A DNA stretch of 64,000 nt from Octopus sinensis (lineage: Eukaryota). The stretch lies in contig NC_042999.1 in the NCBI RefSeq assembly GCF_006345805.1, forward strand, positions 108,562,001-108,626,000, in the 5' to 3' direction. Under the pieces are notes generated by a model. It saw nothing but the letters and a program-made list of their open reading frames with translations, searched no databases and had not been told where the DNA came from. Shown here piece after piece: positions 1 through 12,082 of the stretch (position 1 is its first letter; each line of letters begins with the position of its first letter). Position numbers and translations under genes: made by a program.

Positions 1-59
1 TAATTTCCATCAAGGACATTAATAAACATGATGCTTATAATTAGGCTAATAATTTTTAA

Positions 60-205
60 TTTTTCAAATTTTGGCACAAGGCTAACACTTTTAGTAGGAA
101 GGGTTTAGTCAATTACATTGCCCCCAGCACTTGCCTGGCACTCTATTTTACTGACCTCAGAAGAATGGAAGGTAAACTTGACCTCACTAATATTTGAACT
201 TAAGC
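60..205 (-). mobile_element. SINE family B, partial
   Basis: Matches the B copies at 4038 and 40101 (tttcaaattttggcacaagg...gaaggtaaacttgacctc...tttgaact). Confidence 0.75.
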
Positions 206-277
206 TGTAAAGATTTGGAACAAATGCTGCAAGGCAAACCTCTTCATTCCTATTATGAAAAAATATTAATTAAGAAA

Positions 278-546
278 ATCATCATCATCATCGTTTAACA
301 TCCATTTTCTATTTTGGCATGGGTTAGACAGTTTGACAGGAGCTGGCAAGCTAGAAGATTGCACCAAGCTCCACTGTCTGTATTGGCATGGTTTTTACAG
401 CTGAATGCCCTTCCTAGTGTCAACCACTTTACAGAATGGACTGGCTATTTTGTATGTAATACCAGCACTGGCAAGGTCTGTTTGGCATAATTTTTGGCTG
501 GGTGTCTTCCTAATGCCAACCACTTTACTGAGTGAACTAGGCACTT
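278..546 (-). mobile_element. RTE-LINE 3' tail with internal duplication
   Basis: (CAT)n tail + cgtttaacatcc...gcatgggttagacag...gcccttcctagtgtcaaccac; the gcccttcctaa..ccaaccac block occurs twice. Confidence 0.85.
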
Positions 547-733
547 CAGTTTCCATGCATAAATAACTGCCATTAATGTAATATCTACCATAAAAATATG
601 TAGTTATGTCTCAGCTTATACTTTCTCTTAAGTAGAATTTGCATGAGGGCATTGTCTCAACTTTGGATATTACAAATCCTTGAAAATATTAATTTGAAGC
701 ATACATGTGTATCTATCTGTCTGTGTGTACACA

Positions 734-1180
734 CATCATTTACCATTCAGTTTTCCATGCTGGTATAGGTTAAACAGATCATAGTGTCTCATCCTCTAAA
801 TTTAATGCTGCTTTAACCATTTTCTGCACAAACAGCTCTTGATAAACAGTTACATGTCGTTTATCATTCCTCACTTCTTTGCAAAATTTAGAACCCTGTC
901 AACTGTCTCCTATAGCTCAAGTTCAAGAACAAAATTACCACAAATATATTCATAGATTACACTTAGCTATAAGGAATATCCACCTACCATTCACATTTTT
1001 CATGGTTTATATATCCCTGTTAATATATTTCCTCTAACACTGTGCAAGTTGGTATTTACAGAGGTACCATTCAACTTTGATCTTTTTAAAATATTTCCTG
1101 TCTCATTTCCTTATCAAAACTGACTATTAGATAAACTAGTTGAATGGCTGACTTTCTGAAGTTTGTGCTTCAGAAAATAA
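734..1180 (-). mobile_element. Highly decayed RTE-LINE 3' fragment
   Basis: catcatttacc...ttttccatgctggtatagg tail; weak similarity further along to the ORF2 3' region. Confidence 0.35.
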
Positions 1181-1536
1181 AACGTTTTTGTCACATTAAT
1201 ATTTTAGTTGTTTTGCATACTACTGGGTTATCTGCACATACATGTTGTCCACCGTTACATGGATACATTAAGATAAATATTCTATAACAAACCTAAGTTG
1301 TATTTTCTGTATACCCTACTACTTTTTTTTTTTTGTTTCTTTTCATATTACTAATTTAGAAGATTGATAACTTATCACATCAGTGTATCTCTATGAGTCA
1401 TTTCTGAGTAAAATCAACATGTCTCCTTTACTAATCTTCCTTTCATTGTTTCTGCATTAACACATGGTATTAATCGTGTTAGATGAGATGAAGAAGTAAA
1501 TGTTGAGGTCAATCAGTATACGTCTAGCCTTGTCAC

Positions 1537-1759
1537 TTAAATTTTTTGTTATCATTTTTCTTTAGATATACTCTGCTTTTGTTTCAAATAATTTTTTAAA
1601 GAATTACGAATTTAGTAAAGTAACTTAGTTGTTACTAAGCTGGTATTTGGAGCTTAAATGAACATAAAATTTTAATGAAAGGTTTAAATTTAGATCACTT
1701 ACAAGTCTGTATCATAGAAGCAAGGATGATCCCAAATAAGTTAGTATCAAAAAGGTTAA
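1537..1759. mobile_element. piggyBac-like MITE (family P2)
   Basis: TTAA at both ends; ends ...tatcaaaaaggTTAA; internal sequence shared with 19300-19457. Confidence 0.6.
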
Positions 1760-1834
1760 AATGTAGTATTGAAATATCAACCTAATTCACTAATTTGTGT
1801 CATGTAGAAACTACTGAGAAATTCTCAACATAGT

Positions 1835-1987
1835 CATTTGACCTACAATAAATAGCAGACAAATCTTCTTCATATCACACTTTATAGTCTTAAATATAGG
1901 AAACGACATATTTGATAATATAGTCCATGATACACCTAAAACAACTACATACCCATAGATAGATGACTTGAGGTTAAACAACAGCAA
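1835..1987 (+). mobile_element. Interspersed repeat family E (SINE-like, AAC tail), 3' part
   Basis: gacct..aaatagcagacaaatc..catatcacac and gatgacttgaggttaaacaac are shared with 55550-55700, 32985-33185 and 11990-12082. Confidence 0.6.
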
Positions 1988-2530
1988 CTAAATAAAAGCA
2001 TGTGTATGTTTGTTAATTTGCATTTAAATGTGGCTAGGATTTTATCGTTGCATGCTGTTTCTGATAAAAGTCACTGATGAATCTCACTTGGTGATAGTGT
2101 GGGTTTTGTTCTGTCGAGATGTGACTGAAAACTTTAGAAAAAGATTGTCTTTATTATGATTTAAGGATCCAAATTCTTCATTTGATAAATTAAGATAAGA
2201 CAAAGTCTGAAAATTAATGAATGAATAAACAGGAGGAAAAAGTGAAACAACAGGAATGATTAAAAAGTGATGACCAGAAACAGAAGTTGTGATTTGTGGA
2301 ACCACATGAATTTTTGAAAGAGTAGTCATTGAGATAATATATAAATCTATGAAATTCCCCTTTTAAGTTTTGTACCAAAATGTTATATTAATTAATCAAC
2401 TCAATCTTTTATATATACAGGCTCATATGCACTCATTAAACTATCTTTTAAATATATTTATTTTCACTATGATTAAACATGAAATGGCACTTTGGGACTT
2501 AAAATGTATATACTTTGTATGGTGTTATCA

Positions 2531-2693
2531 ACACAGCTTTCTATGGTTAAGAAGCTTAATTGACAACCAGAGGGTCCCAGGTTCAATCCCTTTGCATTGG
2601 ACAAATGTCCTTTTCTACAGCCTTGGGTTAACCTATACCTTGTGAGTGAAATTGGGATGACAAAATTTGTATAGGAGCTTGTCAGATAGATTG
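2531..2693 (+). mobile_element. SINE family A head, decayed
   Basis: ggttcaatccc B-box-like motif and ccttgtgagtgaaattggg block as in 3441-3803. Confidence 0.65.
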
Positions 2694-2849
2694 TAACTCT
2701 AATTCAAAAAGGTACAGTCTTGTCACGTATTGTGTCATGCTGATTCTGTCTGAGAATTATATTAAGACTACACATATCTGTGCCACATAATAACTCAAGA
2801 TCAAGGATTTTATTTAATCAAAACAACCAAATCCTCATCAATTGACTGT

Positions 2850-3195
2850 CTGAGATCCACTACTACCAATGACTGGAAGGTGCTAGTGGATTTGAATGAA
2901 AACCCACTCATGTTTCCAAGCCGTATTGCAATAATGAATTTAACAAAAGTCCTTCAAATGATACGTTGAAAGCAATATGAAATGAAGCACATGAAAAGAA
3001 GAAGCTAAAATATGAAAAACTAAGGGAATTGTGCAAGATGCAAGGAAGATTGTGGTCAGTTCTTCCAGCTGAGATGTTTTAGGTTTGTTTATATCTCCAT
3101 TATGTCCCACCAAGTTGTCACTGGATTTAAGAAAGACAGAAAATGATTCATGAACTAAGTGGAAAACAGAAAATGCATCATCATAGATATGGCTG
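2850..3195 (+). mobile_element. Hero-like (RLE-type) non-LTR retrotransposon, decayed C-terminal endonuclease region
   Basis: Manual translation across frameshifts: DWKVLVDLNENPLMFPSRIA ... EAHEKKKLKYEKLRELCKMQGRLWSVLPAE ... KMIHELS..ENASS*IWL. Confidence 0.6.
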
Positions 3196-3440
3196 ATGTA
3201 TTTGTGAAAAATTAAAGCTGAGAGTAAAAGACAGATATTCAGTTTATAGTAAAGGAAAAAGTAGTTGCTACATGGTTGGTGTGATTTCAGCAGTACCCAG
3301 TTCAGGATGGTGGCTGCATGGACGACAGAGTGGGGAAAGACATGCTACAGTCTAGGCCAAAAGAACTAAACATTCTTTGACAGCATTAATGCTGCTCAGT
3401 ACTGTCGGAACAAGTAATATGGAAAGAAGGTGCTGAAACA

Positions 3441-3803
3441 GACGTAGGAGTGGCTGTGTGGTAAGTAGCTTGCTTAAAAACCACATGATTTCGGGTTCAG
3501 TCCCACTGCGTGGCACCTTGGGCAAGTGTCTTCTACTATAGCCTCAGGCTAACCAAAGCCTTGTGAGTGGATTTGGTAGAAGGAAACTGAAAGAAGCCCA
3601 TCGTATATATATGTATGTGTGTGTATATGTTTGTGTGTCTGTGTTTGTCCCCCCAACATCGCTTGACAACCGATGCTGGTGTGTTTACATCCTTGTAACT
3701 TAGCGTTCGGCAAAAGAGACTGATAGAATAAGTACTAGGCTTACAAAGAATAAGTCCTGTGGTCGATTTGCTTGACTAAAAGAGTAAAAGAGAGAGTAAA
3801 AAG
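3441..3803 (+). mobile_element. tRNA-derived SINE family A (tail type A1), near full length
   Basis: A-box/B-box head (gtggctgtgtggtaagtagc...gggttcagtccc), accttgggcaagt block, internal (TA)/(TG) tract, agagtaaa tail. Confidence 0.92.
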
Positions 3804-4037
3804 TAAATTGTTGTAATTCCCAATTGACAGCTGACGAAAGGAGTCCATCAATGCAAGCTGTACAGAAAATACTGAATGTTTACATTGTAATATGTCAAGT
3901 ATTAAGAGCTATTTATTTGCCTGCCTTAGGAGGAACACTCATTTGAGACTAATGCAGATAATGGCTTCATGTTCTGTTGGCTAGTATTTGGTTGGATTAC
4001 ATCTAGCTTGTCTTAAAGTTATTTTCATAATATTGGT

Positions 4038-4247
4038 TTCAAATTTTGGCTCAAGGCCAGCAAGTTCAGGAGAGGGGTAAATCAATTACATCAACCCAAG
4101 TATTCAACTGGTACTTATTTTATTGCCCCCAAAAGGATGAAAGGCAAAGTTGACCTCAGTGGAATTTGAACTCAGAACATGAAGATAGACAAAATGCCAC
4201 TAAGCATTTCACCCAGCATACTAACAATTCTGCCAGCTCACCACCTT
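4038..4247 (-). mobile_element. tRNA-derived SINE family B, full length with ~20-bp TSD
   Basis: Flanked by agttattttcataatattggt (4017-4037) and agttatttcataatattggt (4248-4267). Confidence 0.9.
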
Positions 4248-4442
4248 AGTTATTTCATAATATTGGTATGTTCTTACATGTTGCAATCTGCAATATTTAA
4301 CAAATTCGGTTTACAGAATTTCCTACAGATAGATGTTAAAATAATTCTCTGCTCTCTTAAGAAAATCACATTTGATAAGTAAATTTCTCAAAATCATATT
4401 CTTTAACAATTTTCAGTGTTTTTGCTGTTAACACACATGCAT

Positions 4443-4443
<1 letters not shown>

Positions 4444-4494
<51 letters not shown>

Positions 4495-4499
4495 ACACA
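4444..4499. repeat. (CA)n microsatellite
   Basis: Direct reading. Confidence 0.98.
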
Positions 4500-5443
4500 T
4501 GTGCTCATATATAATATAATTTTGGAAATTAATCTTTACCAGCATAGTTTAAAGACCTCTGTCAGACATTTGTAGCTTCATTTGAAAGATAGACTCAGCT
4601 GATCAAACATCACTGAGACATCATTCACATGGAAGCAATAATTAAGTTAGTGTTAGCATATTTAATGTAACGAACATCAAAAATCTAATTAGAAATACTT
4701 ATGTGGTGAGGGGAGACACTATTACCTTACTGATAAATTTCATTCTAATAATTTTTGACAAGTACAGGAAAGAATTACAGATATCTTTAGATTTTAATAG
4801 GCCTTCCCAGTAAAGTGTAGATTTCTTGCTGAAGTAAAATAAAAAAATATACTTGCTGAAGTAAAATAATGAGAAAATCACTAAGTAGAAAAAAATACTA
4901 AGGACAAAACTGGAAAATTGGCTTATTTGAAAAAATAACAAACCACTGAGATTTCTTTCACAGAGAAGTTATCTGGTTGAAAAACAATAGTTAAGTTAAT
5001 GCAATGTCTGGACGGTTTTTTTTTTTTATTTTTATTTATTTAATCAGTTAGTCAGAATTGGAAGGGCAGTGATTGTTTTCAGATTTTCTAAGACCAATAA
5101 GAATGGATGTTGTCTGCTGAGTAGAAATCTGGTTTGACTCAAATGCTTACAACAGAGTGGTCTTTGCTCAGTAAGCAAAGTATCAGCTGATGGTGCTAAA
5201 TATGGAATGACAAATTAATCCTACCAACCAATAAGAGGGCTATCCCCAACCCCGAAGAGACTTTCACACAATTTCTACCTGTCAAATTTTGCTCACAATG
5301 TTTTGGTGAACTTGAAACTTTGGTTGAAGACACTTCAATTTAGATGTTGATTCAAACCTGAATGCAAGTAATTGCAAAGTGTATATTTTAACCGTACACA
5401 TATCCTTGCTCCTACTTTACTAAACAAAATGGTTAAAATATTA

Positions 5444-6796
5444 TTAGTCAAGTAGGAAAGCAAGCAAATCACAAATCTCCTCTGGTAGTTGGCCCTGCTT
5501 GATCTGTAGGAAAGGTGTAGGTAGAAATTCCATGAGATGTACCCAGTGCGAGCTATGGACACCTAAGAGGTGTAGCAATATCAGAGGAAGGTTAACTGGA
5601 AAAATAGGTTTTGTGTGTGAAAGGTGCACAGGTACAATAAACACTAAAAATGTAATGTACAGAAAATAGACCCCATCAAATCCCAGTGGGGTACACCAGA
5701 GATAGTTGATATCTTCTGTCATCTAGGTCACCAAGTCAGTAGCGGAAGCAGATGATCTGAGAGCATAGCTGGGAGAATAAGATTAGGCTGGGCTAAGTTC
5801 AGAGAGCTCCTACCTAAGAGTGAAAGGCAGATTGTATGATGCCTGTGTGCAAACAGCTGTGTGCAAACAGCTGTGCTACATGGCAGTGAAACATAGGCTG
5901 TGACCACTAAGGACATGCGTAAGCTTGAAAGAAATTAAGCTAGCATGCTTCACTGGATGTGCAATGTCAGTGTGCATGTATGACAGAGTGTAAGCGTCTT
6001 GAGAGAAAAGTTGGGCATAAGAGGCATTAGATGTGGTGTGCAAGAGAGACGACTGTACTGACTGAGACCTTTGGTGATATGCCATGCTTGAGAAGACCTA
6101 TCAAGCCAATTGAAATCATAGTCATGGCTGATGCTGGTGTCACATAACTGGCATGTAAAAAGCACCATTCAAGCACTGGGCCTCACAGAGGCAATGTGGC
6201 TGATACTATTATCATGTAACTGGCACCCATGCTGGTATCACATACTTAGCATGTAAAAAGTACCTGTTGAGCTGGGCAATGTGACTAATGCCAGTGTTGC
6301 ATAACTGGCACTTGTGCTGGCGATATGTAAAAAGCACCTATCAAGCATTGGGCCATACGGAGGCATCTGGTACCCATGCCAGTGGCACACAAAAATCAGC
6401 TGTCAAGCGGTGGGCCTCACAGAGGCAATGTGGCTGTTGCCAGTGTCATGTAACTGGTACTTGTGCTGGTGGTATGTAAAAAGTATCTTTCAAGCTTTGG
6501 ATCTCACAGAGGTAATGACAAATGACTGAGAACTTTGGAAATAAGCTGTGCTTGAGAAGAAGACCCATCAAGCCAACTGAAATCGTAGTCGTGATAGAAA
6601 CTGATGGCACATAAAAGCGCCCATTACACTCCCAGAGTGGTTGGCATTAGGAAGGGCATCCAGTTGTAGAAACCATGCCAAATCAGACTAGAGTCTGGTG
6701 CAGCCCCTCAGTTTACTAGCCTGGGTCAAACTGTCCAACCCATGCCAGCATGGACAACGGATGCTAAAATAATATGATGATGATGATGATGATGAT
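5444..6796 (+). mobile_element. RTE-clade LINE copy 1: 5'-truncated ORF2 end (with PHD finger), rearranged 3' UTR repeats, (GAT)n tail
   Basis: Translates to SGSWPCLICRKGVGRNSMRCTQCELWTPKRCSNIRGRLTGKIGFVCERCTG...FCHLGHQV...WAKFRELL...LHGSET*; collinear with 46400-47834; stops, frameshifts and an internal deletion near 6060. Confidence 0.92.
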
Positions 6797-8304
6797 TGAG
6801 CTTTTCCTCACTGCTAAATATTTAAAATTAGATTTGGGTGTTTTTTTGTTTTATTTTGCTTAGTACACGAAATATGTTCACACTATCTCAGCTAATTAAC
6901 TTTATATACAACTAAGACAATTTTATGCAAACTAAAATGAGAAAAACTTTGTGTCTTCATTACACTTTAAATAAACTACCTAAAATATATATGATTTTAA
7001 TAAAACTGGAAAAAATAAATTTGAAGGAACATAAGCCATAGCAATAAAAGAAACATTCATTACATGAAAGTAAACTTACATGTAACAAAGTTTGCTTGCT
7101 ACTTTCATGGAAACTTGTCAGTACAAGTTTCCATGAAAGGAAATTTGTATTGAAATTAAGAAACCTAAAGATTGCATATATATTGAAAACAAGTATTGAC
7201 TTATATTCCCCTCTACCCTTAACCACACCTCTCCTTTATTTTTAATTCTAGAGTTTCCTTTTAGAAAGTAAACATTATTTATGTAAACTTTTCAGATTGC
7301 AAATATATAAGTTTGAATGATTAAAACTTCTAATTTAGTAACTTTGGGTTGTTAGTCTAGTAATAGGAAGGAAAATTGGAAATTATCTTAGATAAATTCT
7401 GATATGGTGATTAAAGCTAACTGCATTTCACTTATAGCTTTCATATGACTCAGTATATCTGAAGTATCCTGTTACATTGCATTCATTGGCAAGGTAGCTG
7501 TACACTAAGGCAGTGTCCTTTTCATCTTATAGTAAATAGATGACCCATTGTTTGGTTTATGTGGGCTGAAAACGGAAGTCTAACTGAAAATAGGTAATTT
7601 AACTTTGTCTACCAACTAGCTATGACTAAACGGTTGAATTCTGAATACTTTAGCTGATAGGTGTGTCTCAAACAGAATCTAAATTCTCATGACTACTCTT
7701 TTAAAATTTTATTGCCTAGTCTCTTATCAATAAACTGACGTAGTTTTTATATTTCTACTGAATTACATATTTGTTTCTCAGATTTCAATCATATTTGAAT
7801 AAGGAGTTTGTTATGAGCTAATTTTATTTCCTTTTTTGAATACATGAAGTTATATCAGAGCTTAATATTTAAATATCTTTTGCTTTTATTCATTTCTTTT
7901 TATATATTAAACTTCTCAGCTAAAATAATTTACCTAATATCTCTAATATCAATTTAACTATCTTGAAAACTGTAAAGTTAACTGTAACCTATATCTTGAA
8001 ATAACTGCTCTAAAAAAAATTCTATTGCTTAGTCAGATAAGGTCAAATAATATTCCTGACCTCTTTGCAGAACCACTCAGACTGATGGGTTGGGAAGAAA
8101 GTGGGAAAGAAACCATGAATCATGGGTTGTTGCAGTAGGAAGCAGCACATCAAGATATCCTGTTATACTCAGACTAAAGATCTGGTTTGTATGTGGTAGC
8201 CAGGTGGCAGTCTTAAACTATGTGATGGTTTAAATCTACCAGCTAACAACAGGTGCACTTTATACAAACATCTTTCTCACTGTTTTTGTGTACCCAGGTT
8301 TCAG

Positions 8305-8417
8305 TCACAATCACATCAGCAAAATCTCAAAGCTATGATATAATATGTGATTAATTTTAAAGGATGTGGATAAATAAGCATTACTTTGACAGAGTAATCT
8401 GAATGCTAAAGGGTTAA
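8305..8417. mobile_element. piggyBac-like MITE (family P1), partial
   Basis: Ends ctgaatgctaaagggTTAA; shares aatctcaaagcta and aataagcatta..ttgacaga with 15428-15644. Confidence 0.7.
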
Positions 8418-9562
8418 ACACCAGTTTCTTATATATTTTTTAGTGTTAATAAGATAAATGATAATTTTTAATCTATCCATAGTATATAGTCTTATTTTCA
8501 TATTTGTCTGTGAGCCATTGTCAACATCACTTCACGGAACCATCCATCATCTGCAACAATCACTTAGGTTTTATTTTTAATATTTCTCTTCTGTAGCTTA
8601 GATGATTAGTAAACATTTTTGTATTATTTTCTTTTTTGTGTGTGTATCAATTGTTCATACATTGTCATTTAATATTTTGACTGCATCATAAAAAAAAAGA
8701 AATTATATTTGTTCACTTCAAATTAAATGTAATTGTTTCTCAGCTTCTGCATTTAAATATGTGTCAACTGGTACACAACAAATTTTGAACAGATATTAAT
8801 ATTTCATTTCAAGATCAATTACTTGCTGAATGACATGCTATTATATTCACAGGGGTTTAACAAGGTGTTGAGCTCAAGTATTGCAAGTATCATAGAATGC
8901 AAGCAATCATTTATTGATGGGCAATTTCCTTTTGGACATATCTCATACAGGTTTCCTCATATTACAGAAGAGCTGTGGTCATAAAATCTTGCTCAATGTG
9001 GAGTTACATAATGCAAATCATATTTTCCCATTGTCTTCCATTTTCATTAACCTCTATGTTACAGTGAAATCAGTGGAAAAATAGGTTTCATGTTATGCAA
9101 CTCTATATACAGTAATATTTTCAGAAGCACAACACTTCTGTAAAAACAGGCCTAACTGTACTAAATTAAAATACTGTGTAACTCAACATTTCAATTAAGA
9201 TGTAACTCAATGTTTGTGAAAAGTTCATCTTTTAGGAACTAGATACTTTTATTTGCAACTGTGCTCTTACAATTCAATTGCTAATCATTTTTGAAAATAA
9301 CTAAATTATAGAAAGTTCTTTTATCTAACTACAAGTTTACTAAAATACTTTTTTTTTTTCATTTCTTTGAATGGTTGCTATCTAGAAAATACAAACTTAA
9401 AGATCTACCATTTCACAAAGTGGGACTCTTACCCACAAAACTTGATTCTGTTATAACATTTCTACATAAATGTATTGATAGTTTTATTGAACTAAATTGA
9501 AAAAATATCAGAGTTATTATCTGGATAATGTTCATCTTTGTAAAGGTTATTTATAAATATAT

Positions 9563-9785
9563 ATCATCATTTATCATCATTTAATGGCCTTCTTCCATGC
9601 TGGTATAAGTTTCACTGTTTGGCAGGAGTTAGCAAGTTCAGAGATTGTACCAAGTTCTGTTGTCTCTACTGGCACAGTTTCTATGACTGGGTGCCCTTCC
9701 TAACACCAACCATTTAACAGAGTGTATTGGGAGTGTATTGGTTGATTTTTAGGTTGTACTAGCAGCAGTGAGGTTGCTAGGTGAT
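9563..9785 (-). mobile_element. RTE-LINE 3' tail
   Basis: (CAT) tail, ttccatgctgg, gcccttcctaacaccaacc blocks. Confidence 0.8.
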
Positions 9786-9837
9786 GAGAAGTTAGAGCAT
9801 GAATAGAGGGACAGAAATAGGTGTCTTGCAGTAGAGT

Positions 9838-10066
9838 AGAACTGGCAGAAACATGAGCATGCTGAGCGAAATGCTTAGCAGTACTTTGTCTGCAATTAAA
9901 TTCTGAGTTCAAATTCTGCCGAGGTCGACTTTACCTTTCATCCTTTCAGGGTCGATAAATTAAGTACCAGTTACACACTGGGATTGATGTGATTGACTTA
10001 ATCCCTTTGTCTGTTCTTGTTTGTCCCTTCTATGTTTAGCCCCTTGTGAGCAATAAAGAAATAAGA
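9838..10066 (+). mobile_element. SINE family B, tail type B2
   Basis: B head (gaaatgcttagc...ctgagttcaaattctgccgaggtcgac) + tail identical in type to 40101-40335. Confidence 0.9.
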
Positions 10067-10990
10067 TGGCTACCTCAGTTGGAGAGAGAGAGAGAGATAA
10101 GAAAGATAAGATGGTTAAGATGTGATGGGGATGGCATACATGCAAGTTATAGGGTGGTGTATATAGTGAAATGTGTGTGTGTATATGTGTGTATACTTAC
10201 ATGCTTATGTATACATACACATGTATATATAAATATAAAGATGTAGCCATTTTTACTTTTTTACTCCCTGTTTTATTTGATATTCTCTTTAATTTTCCAT
10301 CTTCTAAGTTTTACAAATATTTCATTAATGATAACCTATTTTCTTTAGATGTTAACAGTTTGGTATATTTTGTTGTTGGCAGGAAAATATTTTTCTTTAC
10401 ATTTTGTACATTACTAACTAAACATATCAAATTCAGTGTTAAGTTAACTCATAATATCACGCTTTACTTGTAACCGGATAAAGTGTCCTTAATTGATTCA
10501 TGTTTGGAACTGAGACATAAGCAATAGTAAACATTTTGGAATGTATTAAACATTTCCCTCGAGACAAGAATATGACTCAAATGATTTTTATTAATAAATA
10601 AATAAAATGTGCACTTTGTAGAAATTGAACAAAAGTTAATTTCTTATTTTTTAAAATTTTCATTTACTGAATATTTATTTATTTATTTTTTTACTTATAT
10701 TAGAATGGATTTACCTATTTATGATGGATTTCTTAGAATTCATCAAATTCAACTTCATTTTTAAAGTCTATTTTTCCATATTGATATAAATTAAGTAGCC
10801 AATAAAATGGCTTGTTTCCATGAATCTTAATTTAATGTCATCTCATATATGTGACAGAATTATCATTTACATATAATCTGGCCACTTTGTACAAAATCTT
10901 TGGTATGCAGCTATCATTTTTACTTTCCATCACTTTTTAACCCAGCATATGTTGGCCATATGCTGTATACCTAAAATGGTGATATTCTGA

Positions 10991-11405
10991 TAGGGCTGGA
11001 TGCAGACCCAAAAGGCCCTAAGCACTTAAAAGATTTTTATGCTTCTGTATATATGCAATTCTAAATATAAGCAATAATAAACCATAAAATAAATTTTTGC
11101 TTTTCAAAATGATACAAAACTAGCAGTAAGATGGCTAATAATGTTTTGTATACTTCCACTTTGTTTATATTTGAAAAGTTTTCTCCCATATCTTTTAATC
11201 GTAAAATCTTTGATCACATCTATAAAATTCATCTTACATAACTAATCAGCTTCTATACTTAGAGATAAGGCATCCTTAATATTTTTTTAGCAAGTTTAAA
11301 GTGATTTCTTATGTGCTAGAAATCATTTGCCATTTCTGTGATGCCCCCACTTCCCTTGATGCCCTAAGCACATGCTTATTTTGCTTAATGGTTAATCCAG
11401 TACTG
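10991..11405. mobile_element. hAT-type MITE with 8-bp TSD
   Basis: Imperfect TIRs tagggctggat / atccagtactg (8/11); flanks tattctga (10983-10990) and tactctga (11406-11413). Confidence 0.75.
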
Positions 11406-11989
11406 TACTCTGACAATCTTCCAGAGATCTCTTTGTACCTTTTACACCAAATTTCTTACCCTGACTGCACAGTATAGTATTTATGTCTACTCCTTTCTTA
11501 CAAATATAACTATTTTCCTGGTGATGTTACCCTTTTGTCATCCTTGAATTTATTTAATCCTTTCATAAAACATAAGTATCAGTACAACTTAGCTATTATC
11601 TTTATTTCATTGCTGTATGTTTCGGATTAAAAGAGATTTATGCTTGTAAACTATCTTTATATATATTTTTTTAAATCTGTCTAGTTCATCAAAGGTGACT
11701 AAACCTGCTCAAGAGTGGAGATAAATGTGTCCCTGAATAGTTGATTTCATCATATGTTCCCTTCTCTCATATGAACTAAAAAGGATATATTAAAACTCCT
11801 ACTCCAAAAGAGAAAAATAACAATGGAATTACTGCATTGGATTTGAACTCATAATCCATGAGCCAGTCGTTCAGTGATTAATCAACAATTTCACTCTACA
11901 ATTCATTTTTATTTTTGAATTCAAATTAACAAAAGAGCCTCTACACTTTTGCTCACCCTATAAAACATTCAGCAAAATCGTGATTCTAG

Positions 11990-12082
11990 CTACACTGTCT
12001 GACAAAGAAAATAAGCTGATCAAAGTTGAAACACCTTTAATGTCAGGTCTGGTCAATCAGAGATGACTTAGAATTAAACAAC
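11990..12082 (+). mobile_element. Family E 3' fragment
   Basis: ...caggtctggtcaatcagagatgacttagaattaaacaacc, similar to other E ends. Confidence 0.5.

Noticed and set aside
3441-3520. tRNA gene-like A/B boxes at SINE A and B heads
   Set aside because: No complete cloverleaf, and each continues into a SINE body; these are tRNA-derived SINE heads.
7568-7596. ETS-like AACGGAAGT plus a possible donor
   Set aside because: Single short motif with no supporting context.
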